A stretch of 64,000 nucleotides of DNA from Scyliorhinus canicula (lineage: Eukaryota). Below the pieces are notes generated by a model that did no database searches, had not been told where the DNA came from, and saw only the letters and a list, made by a program, of their open reading frames with translations. Position 1 is the stretch's first letter. Each line of letters starts with the position of its first letter. This document shows, one piece after another, positions 38,045 through 48,699 of this stretch. A program made the position numbers and the translations under genes. The stretch lies in contig NC_052162.1 in NCBI RefSeq assembly GCF_902713615.1, positions 108,341,811-108,405,810 on the forward strand, written 5' to 3'.

Positions 38045-38242
38045 GGTTCAATTGCAAAGCTGGAAGGTAAACAGCGTCGCTGAAAATCTCGTTGTTGCGT
38101 TCCGTAATATATGGGCTATTTCGTGAAACCAGTGATTTCTAACCTCCCTCCCATCAACACAAACAAAATGAGTGGCTGCAAAAAAAACTGTTTCAGCGGG
38201 AAAGCAACACAATTTGTATTTTATTTGCAGAAGGTTGCAGCA

Positions 38243-38280
38243 TATATTTGCGTTGGTGGAACCTGAGACTCATTACTGTG
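38243..38280 (-). other. V 3' recombination signal sequence (22-bp spacer)
   Basis: CACAGTA, 22 nt, then GCAAATATA directly after the V coding end. Confidence 0.85.
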
Positions 38281-38545
38281 GTATCACAGCGGTAGGTGCC
38301 ACTGTCTTCAACTGTCAGATCCCTGATTCGCAGAGAAAATGTCTTTGCTCCCTTGTTAACTGATTCAGCATATCTTCCACCACTCCATATTCTCTCTTGG
38401 TTTGTTGATCCCAGTTTTACCCGATACCAATAGGTGCTGCTCAAACCACAGCTGCTATCAAGGAGGGCGCAATTGATAGTCAGCGATTCGCCGATGTCTT
38501 TCCTTACCGTCGATGGTGTTTGAGTTACTCTTGCAGTAAAAGCAG
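38281..38545 (-). CDS. IgNAR: VNAR variable exon, type II-like
   Basis: Acceptor TTCAG|CT. Translation [88 protein letters not shown]. Has C22, W36, C83, the short VNAR FR2/HV2 (no CDR2) and a non-canonical Cys29 in CDR1. Confidence 0.97.
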
Positions 38546-38690
38546 CTGAACGGAGAAAAAGTATAATTTACAATTTCATACATATGAATAAAATCAGAAA
38601 AGTCTAAAGGCACAGACATTTCCATCGCACCCACACAGCCGCAAAGTTTTATCTAATTAACTTGAAATATCTAATTTAAAAAGCTCTCAC

Positions 38691-38733
38691 TTGGCATCCA
38701 AGGTAAAATAGTAAAAACACCGAAGATAATCAT
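38691..38733 (-). CDS. IgNAR: IgNAR leader exon (MIIFGVFTILPWMP, phase 1)
   Basis: ATG at 38733, a hydrophobic signal peptide, and donor A|GTGAGA. Joins in frame to the V exon, giving ...[14 protein letters not shown]. Confidence 0.93.
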
Positions 38734-38826
38734 TATTTCTTCGCCAAAAGGTACAATGTTAAGCACAGCGACCTCCGAACCACGATGCTGTCTGTTCTGT
38801 GTAACCGTCTGAATCAGAGCATCGAC

Positions 38827-38860
38827 CTTATAAACCTCGAGAGACTAGGCTCATTTGAAT
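38827..38860 (-). promoter_or_regulatory. Putative IgNAR V promoter: TATA-like box and octamer variant
   Basis: TTTATAAG at 38827-38834, about 95 nt upstream of the ATG. ATTCAAAT (1 mismatch to ATGCAAAT) at 38853-38860. Confidence 0.55.
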
Positions 38861-39207
38861 AGGACGAGATGACAGACCAACTTGGTGAGTATTCCCCACA
38901 GGCCATATTGGGTTGCACCTGTCCGCCCTAAATGCATCCTCACAATGTTACAATCCGCAACAATTTATAATGAACAGATAAGGCGAGCACAGAGAACTCG
39001 CTTCCCGGTAACGGTGCTGGGTTTATTTGCATCCAGGTATACGGCAATTTTTATCGTTTACCAGTTTAGATGATTTGGCGATATTTTCCAGTAAAATTGG
39101 AGTTTGTATTTCAGTTTGACACGGAGCTCGCAATAAAACTGTTCACGTTTCATAATTATTGCTGAGACAGCTAATGTAATTAATTATGACAAACGGAATG
39201 GCCACCA

Positions 39208-39375
39208 AGGCGGGGCGGCACTGCTGCCTGAGCTAGGGACCCGGGTTCCATTCAGGCATTGGGTTACTTTCTGTGTGGAAGTTGCCCGTTCCCGCTGTGT
39301 TAGTGTGGGTTTCTTCCCGGTCCTCCGATTTCCTCCCACAGTGCAAAGATGTGCGGATTATGTTGATTAATCATG
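39208..39375 (+). mobile_element. V-SINE, degenerate, about 500 bp upstream of the V leader
   Basis: Head and core remnants. Confidence 0.7.
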
Positions 39376-42300
39376 GTAAGACAATGCTCCAACGTGTCTA
39401 AAGTTGGACATGTTGGTTGGGGGGTTAAGGGTCAGGGACGTTGGCTTCAGTCGTCTGGACTTTCGAAGGAGAAATGCAAAGCAGATGGGACCAATGGTCT
39501 CCTGCATTGCAGTGATTGTGTAAAACACAAGCTTGGCATCAACCGCAGTAGCAGAAACCTGTACAACTCGGTTGGTGTTGTTGCATCTCTATCCTTAATA
39601 AGCTAGTTTGAAACGTTCTGGAAAGTACGAAAGCCTTCGACATGAAACAACCGCTCAAAATTCATGCAGATTATAAATTACAGAATTCGGGAGAGGAGAG
39701 CAAATTGTATGAACTGAGATCAGGAGAGATAACACAGAAATCTCACTATACCCATCGGATCAAAATGTGAGTGCAAGCAGCTCACATGTTTAGGATCTTG
39801 GGAATCCACTGTTCTCTGAGGATAACAATAACTTGGGTCTGAGCCTAAAGACAATGGTTCCGAAGTTTGAACATGTTTCACGAAAAAAAGAGATACGGTG
39901 AGACATGAAAATAGATAAACCAAAGCAATGAATTGAAATACCAGGTAAAAGTCAAGATCAGTGATTGTTAACTGATACTATTCTGTAAAGCGAAAAGCAA
40001 TAGTTATCCTCACAATAGGATTGCGAATGACGCTGTGCAATTACAGACTTAATGATATACGTCCACAGCACATCAAAGGTTAATCGGACTGTAAAGAAAT
40101 CCTAATGAAAGCCCAGTGTTTTTTCAGAGCGAGTTCGAAAAACTAAGAGATAAATATGAACTTATAATAAAGTTTTATCAGATCTGGCAAATGCGAGCAG
40201 TATTGCTCTCCACCCGCGATTGCGAATACAATGTTTTCATAGTATGCACAGCGCCGATTTACTCAGATCTCATGTGACGTGAGGAAATGTAAAAATTAAG
40301 AAATATTTGGAAATGAGCATTTTTAATTAGAACGACTTGGATTATTGGTAGGGTTGGACAGGATTAGCTCTGGAAAACAAGAGCAGCATAGAAACTATCA
40401 AATGTATTACAGCACCTCACACTTTAACCAATCAATCTATGAATAATATTGACTGAGTTTCAAACCTCATGATATTAAAGAAACAAATACTGACTGAAGT
40501 TCAGCCAATCAGTGCTGACGGCATTCACCGCAGCACGCTTGCGGGGTTCGCCCCGATGTCACTTTGAGCCTAAAGTGTTCGTATCATAAGGGAACTAAAA
40601 CAAGGAACTGACTCGATTGTTCTGCATCATCGCCATTTCTTTCCCTTCCATTTGCTCAATATGAACAATAATCTGTCCTTCCAGCAGTCACCGTCGAGAA
40701 CAATATCTCAATTTTGAAACACTGTTAGTTTGTGAAAACATAAACAGCGTGTCATGAGTATAATGTCAGTCAGTTACATCTAACTGCGTATTACCGTACA
40801 GTAGCTGACTATCTTGCAAGATACACTGACAAGACATACGTTATTTTTATTATTTATTGAGTTGTCCTTGGAGAATTAATTGGGTGAACTCTGCATCCGG
40901 TCTGGTCCATGCAGTCGTATGTTGCGTTCAGGAAGGGAGATCCGGCATTTTTGATCCAGCGGCAGTGAACAATAGTGAAAATATTCCAGATCAGGAGGGT
41001 TTCAGGCTGGAGTTGAAATTGCAGATGGTGGGAACCCAACTCAAGAGCCGACAAAGAGGTGGTAATGATTGTAGGCTTTGAAACTGTTGTCGGGGTACAC
41101 GCGGCGGGTTACTGAAGTACAGCTTGTATTTTTCTCGCTTTGCTGTCGCCATGCTTTCGGTGGTGCAGCCAACAAATGCTTAACCTGATGGATAGGCAGT
41201 GAACAAGTGAGCTTTTCTTTCTTGAATAATAATGAAGCCACATTACCGCTAGCAAGAGAAGGCAGTGGCATCGAAGTATTTGCGCTGGACTATTAGCTTA
41301 AAAGAACGAGAATAATGCTCTGGGACCCTGGTTCGAATTCCACCGTGGCAGATGGTGAAATGTGAACTCAATAAATATCAGGAATCATAGGTTAATGAAA
41401 CCATTTTCCCTTATTGTAAAACCACAAGTTGTTCCCTGTCGTTCTCACCAGCATCCCATGGAGAAAATAAAGTTGTCAGTATTCCATCGCATTTCAGACT
41501 TGCGTTTTTCCATAATGCACATAATCGTCACAGAATCCTAATCCTCTGACTTGTTCAGTTAGACACTGTATTTATAGCACTAACCCCATCACGATTCATT
41601 TCCATGATAACATTCCAATGGACCTAATTAGCTAAGGATTCAGCGATGGTGATGTCATGGAACTTAGAGGGGAGTTGTTTTTATACTCCATTGTGGTAGA
41701 TAGCCATTGATTGTCACTTGTGTGTTGCGTATTGTCTCTGCCACGTACGAGTCCAAGCTTGACTTTGGACGTGGATCGTTTCAGTGCCTCAGTATTGGGG
41801 CAAAGAGCAGCAATCTGTGGAACTATGAGTGAATACCTGATCTTTTGAACTTATGATCGAGTGAAGATCATTTGACAAAAAGGCTAAAGATTGTTGAGCT
41901 TTGGATTAGACGCCGAGAACAAACTTCAGCGATATGCTAGGATTGAGATATTTTGCCTCCAACAGCAACCAGGAAATTCCAATCTAGTTGAAAGTACTTG
42001 CTCCTGATGTGTATTTATTTCAATTGTGTTGTGGCTCCTTGATGCCTCACTTAGTCAAATGCTTCCTTAATGCTCATGACCGTCAATATCTCACCTCACC
42101 TCTTGCGTTCAGCTCTTTTGTCCATATGTGTACATAGATTGCAACGAGCTTTTGGAATGAGTGTCCCTGAAGGAACACAAAAGCTGAGATTTGTTGATGA
42201 GTTTATCTCTATGAAAGTGCATGATGGTAGCCACTGTTGATGGAACATTCCACCACTGTGATAGAGCAGACGAATGGAGCAGTAACTTTCTGGATTGGAT

Positions 42301-44019
42301 TTGTCTTGTTTTTTTCGGAGATTGTCCATATATGGGCATTTTCCCACATTGTTATGTAGAGCTGCAGCTAAACTGAAGCATCTTGCCTGGGTTGCGGCTT
42401 ATTTTGAAGCATAAACCTTCAGTAGCACTATTCCTTACCCGTATCCATTGCAAAATTGCCTTCAGCGCTTTCTTGATGCTGCAAATATGTCCCTCTCACT
42501 GAGGTTAATGTCACTAAGCCTTAGACTGTTTGGGAATTATAAATTCCATGTTATGACTTAAAAGGTGGGATCAGAACCAAAATATTGATATTTCACTTCA
42601 TTTGAATTCGCAGCCATTCGTTCCTTTTAAATTGACTGTTGAATAAGATCAAATGCTTAGAACAAGAATTAAGATATCTCTTTTTGAAACATTTCATTTC
42701 TGCTGTCTCTTCGTGAATGGAACAAACGAGAACAGTGGACGAAATATTTCGGAGCTGAAGCAAATGAAATATTCATCAGGAAAGTATCTAAAGATGGATT
42801 CGTCAAGAATTGCGACAATAAAAAAAAAGAAACCTGAGCAAGTCATTTAAAATATTATGAATAAATCGCACAATAAAGCTGTACACAAATATTTCGAGTG
42901 CCTGATGGAAAGATAACTTGTATTACGGGGCTGCAGGTCACAATCGTCAAAAATGTAGATCACAGTTACGAGACTAATGCTCAGTTATGGGTGAATAATC
43001 TGCATTAAGCGAGCTGAACGCTCTACATGGAACTATTAAAATCTCTGTCCTAAATCAATAATGTCAAAAGCGACTTGGTACTGAAGAAAGCACACTAAAA
43101 AGCATGTATTACCAACAGTCACTTTCAGTCAATCAACTCATCTCACTTCAGCGGAATTAATGAATCTAACGCGGCAAAATTATTTTTTTAAGCCAAGGCA
43201 ATACTTATGCTTAACTGCTTTATATCTGATTACTAAAAGACAAAAAAACACATATCGAGTCAATTGTTTAATTGGGGGGCGAACCCTCCCCCTCGACAGT
43301 CGTTGAAACACCTGTGATTAAAATTGATACATCTGCTTACAGATCTTCTGAAGCATGCAGTATTTAGCCGGGTTGAACAGCAGACAGGAAATAATGAAAA
43401 GTGCAATATATTGATTTTATGGTTGACATCTCAGTGAAGACAATAAGGTCCAGTGTGGGACTTGAAATGTTTAGATGGTATAGAATGATGTAGTCTGGGA
43501 TAGGTAAAGACGAGGTGCTGGAGTGAGGTTCAGTGTGGGATAGGGAGTGTTTAGGTGGGATTGTATTATGTGACTGGGAGTGGGACAGATGAGGTTGTAG
43601 TGAGGTTCAATGTCAGATTTGGAATGGTAAATTGGCGTTTTTTAATTTTGTCTGTGGTAGGGGCAGATGAGGTGGGAAATAACATTAATTCTGGACTAGG
43701 GCACTTATGTTGGTGGGTTTATGTGATGAATTCAATCAGAGAAACAGATGAGATGTTGTTTTCATCCAGTGGGGAACAGGGAATACTGAGGAGCGGTAAT
43801 GTATTTCCGGTAGACAGAGGGGGCAGTGGGCTGGAGCACTGCGGTCTAGTTCATTGTGAGAATGGAAGTGGATGAGTCATTAATTGGGACAACGACTGAG
43901 TCCGCTTTCGACAGAATTGTTGCTCGTGTAGGAAAGGAGGGAGTGCCTGGAATGTAATTGCAAATATATTTCATCTTATACTGCTTTAACCAGCCAGCGG
44001 TTACCGAAATTCTCAGGCT

Positions 44020-44189
44020 GTTGCGATTCACTTTTCCCGCCGGCAGCGCACACCCGCCAGTGGGTTTTCCGGCGCCCTGAGGGAGCTTAAATGGAAACTC
44101 CCACTGTCAGCCGCGGGAAGATAGAATCCGACCGCCAACGAACGGCGCGCCACCGAAGAACATACGTGGGCGAACCGGAAAATCCAACC
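44020..44189. mobile_element. Short GC-rich MITE-like fragment
   Basis: GC island ending in CCGGAAAATCC; same terminal motif family as 21149 and 47993. Confidence 0.5.
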
Positions 44190-44999
44190 TTCCGACATTA
44201 AAACATTTGCAGCATAGCCAATATCCTTTCAGCTACAGCAAGATGCGACATAGATGAGGGACTTCTCTGCAAGACGAACTGCTTTCCCTTTGGACAGGCC
44301 CATTTCCCAATATTCCATGGCGGTTGTCTTACACTGCAATCTAGTTGCTGGAACATTACTTGCTTCATATGTTGAGCGACAAGCAGTCCTGTTTTCAGGT
44401 CCATGGGCCTACGCTGTGAGAAATTCTGCAGATAGCAGGTGCTGTGCGTGTGCGTGCTCTGTTTAACTTTCCAGGAAGTGTCCGCTAATGACCTAATGCA
44501 GCACGAACCAGATTCAGAATTTATTAGCAAAAGCTATGAAACACTTTGAGTTTGGGGTGAATCATTCCACCAGTTCGTGATTCTCTATGGAATATGTGAA
44601 GCATGTTCGGTGTGTGACTGCGAACTCTCCCCTTGAAAACATATATTTCGATGTGACAGAATTGTGCAATTGTTTTCAATGTCTGGTCTTGAAATGACCG
44701 GGGAGTGAACAGAATCCCTTGCGCCAGGATTCTGTGCTGTGACTTTGGGACATAGGGGACGGTACAACTAGTGATGGCAGGTGATGACTGCATGAACATA
44801 AGTTTGTATAAATAGCAGACAGTAATTGTTTCCCTTATTGGCAAGTTTGCTCAGAGTCTGACGCTGAGGTGTTCTCACCATTGCCATTAATGGGGCCAGT
44901 GACACACGTTTTAGGAAAGGCTATCCCATCTCCAGTATATGGGCAGAACTAAAGGGTCCGACTTGCCTGTGTATGATTAGTCCCACAGAAAAGAACAAA

Positions 45000-46600
45000 A
45001 TACCCACCTGCAAATTGTAAATTCAGATATCAATTACTTTACAGACATTCGAAGTATTCGTGATGGGTCACAATATTGTAAATGCGACATTTGATTTAGA
45101 TAGAGTAAGTGTTTGGGCAGAAATTTGGCAAATGCAATGTCCCGTGCGAAACTGAACTAATCCACTTGGGCACACATAAAAATGAAGCATGTTAGATATT
45201 CTGAGCAAGATTGCAGAACTCGGAGCTTCTGAGATTTCTAGATGTCCTGGTACATGAATGACGAAATATGGGTATGTAGATGTTGCAAGTCATTCGGAAG
45301 TCAAATAGAGCGCTCCGGGTCATTGTAAGGGGAATTAAATTTAAGAGTAAGAATATTTTGCTGCAGTTATTCATCGCCCAAGTAAAAGCACATTGGGAAT
45401 ACTTTGGCAAGTTTTAATCGCTTCGTTTTAGGAACAACGTTAATGTGTTAGAAGCAGTTCAGAGAACCTTCAGCAGATTGTTACCTGGGATTGGGCGGGG
45501 CGAGGGAGGACGTTTGATACTTTATGGAAGTCTGGGCCTGTATCCATCCCGTACAAAAAATCGAAGAGGTAAACATATTGAAACATGTAAGATCCTGAGA
45601 GACAACGACATTGTGAATGGTGAAAAGTTGATACCAAAGAAGAAAGAACAATACAGCACAACAACAGGTCCTATTACCTTCCAAGCCTATACCGGTCATG
45701 TTACGAACCTTGGCCAAAACCCTCAGCACTTTCTTGTGCCGTGTCCCTCTATACCCGCCCAATCCATTATTTTGTAAAGATGCTTTTTGCACCCCGTTAA
45801 TGTATCTGCTTCCACAGCCTCCCCGACAACGCGTTACAGGCAGTCACCACCCTCTGCGTAAAAATAAATGCCTTCAACACCTCCTCTACACTTTGCCCCA
45901 CGGACCTTAAATCGATGCCTCCTGGTGAATGACCCCACCACCCTGGGAGACAGTTCCTGTCCATCCATTCTATCCATGCCGCTTATTATCTTGTTCACCC
46001 CTCTATCAGTTCACCCCTCAACCTCCGCCTTCCTAATGAAAATAGTCCGAGTCTATTCAGCCCTCCGCCTATCTAACACCCTCCAGACCAGGCAACGTGC
46101 CGGTAAACATGCTCCGCACCCTCTCCAAACCTCTAAATCGTTCTGGTAGTGCGGCGACCAAAATTGTGCGCAATCTTCCGAGTGTGGCCTTACCAAGGTT
46201 CTTTCCAACTGTAGCATGAATTGCCAGTTTTATACTCGATGCCCCGTCCTATGAAGACAGGAATTCCATAGATTTCTTGACTACCTTGTCTACTCATGTT
46301 GCCACTTTCAGCGATCTGTGGACCTGCAAGCTCAGATCTCTCTGACTTTCTATATTCATAGGAGTTTTGCCATTTGCGGTATATTTTCCCTCTATGTTAG
46401 ACTTGCCAAAATGCATTACCAGACATTTGACTGGATTAAACTCAATTTCTCATTTCTCATCAAGTCTCCAACTTATCTGAGTCCTGCGGTATCCTCTGAA
46501 AATTCTAAACATTATCTGCCACTCCACCAACATTAGTGTTATCCGTGAACTTACTAATCAGACCAGCTGCATTTTCATCCAAATAGTTCATGTATGCTGC
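45000..46600. mobile_element. Two opposed degenerate CR1 fragments (plus about 45000-45620, minus about 45640-46600)
   Basis: LEAVQRTFSRLLPG remnant on plus. CR1 3' UTR (AGAACAATACAGCAC..., complement) and RT remnant on minus. Confidence 0.75.
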
Positions 46601-47992
46601 AAACCACAGAGGCGGTTTGGCAACGGCGTTCACTGTATATGTGGAGTGGAATGCATTGATGCTGATGTCCAGGCACCAGAGAATTCCGATGCGTCGCGAA
46701 AGTGGCGCCAGCTACGACTTTCGCTTCAAAAGCGATTCTCCACCACATCGTGTTTTCTGATTCCAGCGTCAGACGACGTAGAATCTCGCCCGTTCAGTCT
46801 CGTGTTGCAGCTTCAGAATGCCTGTAGTAGTTTGGAGATGCGCATTGTATTGCACTATGAAACTTGCCTATCCAGTATCAGTTAAAACGATGATGCCTGT
46901 TAATCAAAGGAGGGAGTCCTGGAGCACAAGTGCTGGACCATGTGGTTGGATATAGTTGTGCTGCACAGATAACTCAAAGCATCTAATTGACGCGCAGTTT
47001 TGATGACCAGACCTATACTCATTTGGTCCTATTAAACATGCTGTCCTCGTTGAACAATCTGATGGCTGACAACTCATTGCGAAGAAATGCATTGCATTTC
47101 AGAAGTAATGTGCGCAAGCCACTCGTACATGTACACATGTACCTGTAACGAGCAGATTTGTGAAGAACAGGACAAAGAGATGTTTCCTTGTTTTCTATCA
47201 CTTTCCAGCAAATATAATTACAAACTGGCCCATGACGTTCAGAGCTGATCCTCGGTGTGTGATGAGGCAAAGAGTTTTCTTATTCCGAGTATATGTAGTG
47301 CCTTTACCAGCCTCACTGCGATTCAAGGTTGTTATTCAGCAGTTCAAGGACAAAGTTACGTTTTTCTTTGAAGGGAGATTACTCGTCTGTGCTTCGTCGA
47401 AATCCAAAATCTTGTTTTAGAGGGCATCATCGATGTTGAGGAATCCTTGGTGGAGCCAATTCCACGAGTATCCACCAATTGTACACATCTGTGCCATGAC
47501 CTCTTATCTGGCCATCTTCTCTGGGGTACCGAAAATATCCAGAATTGGTAATGGAATAGGCACAGAAATTAGCACTTTGTCGTGTACTGAAGGGATGTAA
47601 TGTTTCGTTGCCACTGAAAGATTTTCCGGAACAAATCTCCCAAAATCCCCAAAAGTGTGTTTCTGATTACGTTGCATAATTGGCTTCTCTGGGTCGGCCA
47701 ATCCTTTCCTCTTATGAGTGGGCAACCACACAGCCGCTTAATTGGTTTAGTTGTATTGTTTTCCTCTTTCCTGGATGTCGGACATAACTTATTAGGGTAT
47801 TGACGTTTTTCAGAATACTGTTAAAATAAAACCGTGGGATTAGATTCACATAAAGACCGATTTGTCTTTTCCGGACCTTAAATCTTTCCACAGATTTTCA
47901 TAAACTCCCACTTTGTCTCTTCGTTGTCAGGTATTTGATGAAAAGAAAAAGGATTCCGGTGGCGGGATTGTGCTGAGCAGACGTTTGATATC

Positions 47993-48631
47993 GGGCGAAA
48001 TTCTCCGACCCCCAGGAGGGTTGGAGAACCGCCTGGGGGCTCCTAATATCCCGCCCCCGCCGTGGCAGAGATTTCCCGCCACCCGGGAAGTGGCAGGGGC
48101 AGGAATCTCGCCCCGCAGATCGGAGAGGCCGCGGCGGCGATTCTCCGGCCCGGATGGGCCGAGGTCCCGCCGCTGGGAGGCCTCTCCCGCCGCCGAGGTT
48201 TAAACCACCTCTGGAACGGCGGACTCAGCGGCGCGAGCAGGCCCCCGGGGACCTGGGGGGGCGGGGGGCGATCGAACCGGGGGGGGGTGCCCCCACGTTG
48301 GCCTGGCCCGCGATCGGGGCCCCCCGATCAGGGGCCGGGCCAGTGCCCTGGGTGGACTATGTTCTACCGCGCCACCACGGCCTCCACCATGGCGGAGGCG
48401 GAAGGGAACACCACATCGCGCATGCGCCGGCCAGCGAAAGCGTTTCGGCCAGCCCTGCTACCGACGGCGCCGGGTGTTTGCGCCAGTCTTCTGGTGCAAA
48501 CCGCTCCGGCGCGGGGCTGGCCCCCAAGGGTGGGGAGAATTCACACCTTTGGGGAGGCGAGACCCGTGAGTGGTTGGCGCCACTCCCCTATTCCGGCACC
48601 CTCCGTCACGCCGGGTAGCGGAGAATGCCGC
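47993..48631. mobile_element. GC-rich non-autonomous MITE-like element
   Basis: Terminal inverted motif GGGCGAAATTCTCCG ... CGGAGAATGCCGC, with internal palindromes and no credible ORF. Confidence 0.65.
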
Positions 48632-48699
48632 ACGTGCATCTCCCCTAGAGGCTACCAACTAGGTATTTTTGACCAGAATAATTGTCACTAAGGGAACAA

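Larger units (their letters stand above)
7931..38733 (-). other. IgNAR: Complete germline IgNAR (immunoglobulin new antigen receptor) gene cluster: L-V-D1-D2-D3-J-C1-C2-C3-C4-C5-(sec)-TM
   Basis: All segments were found in order on the minus strand. Splice junctions are phase-1 AG/GT, RSS spacers alternate 22/23 and 12, and the V and C domain translations match the known IgNAR domain patterns. Confidence 0.97.

Noticed and set aside
44436-44480. CAGGTG plus GGAAGTG motif pair
   Set aside because: Only two short motifs, compatible with chance.
47913-48691. GC-rich ORFs up to 209 aa
   Set aside because: Low-complexity Pro/Gly/Arg translations of a palindromic non-coding repeat.
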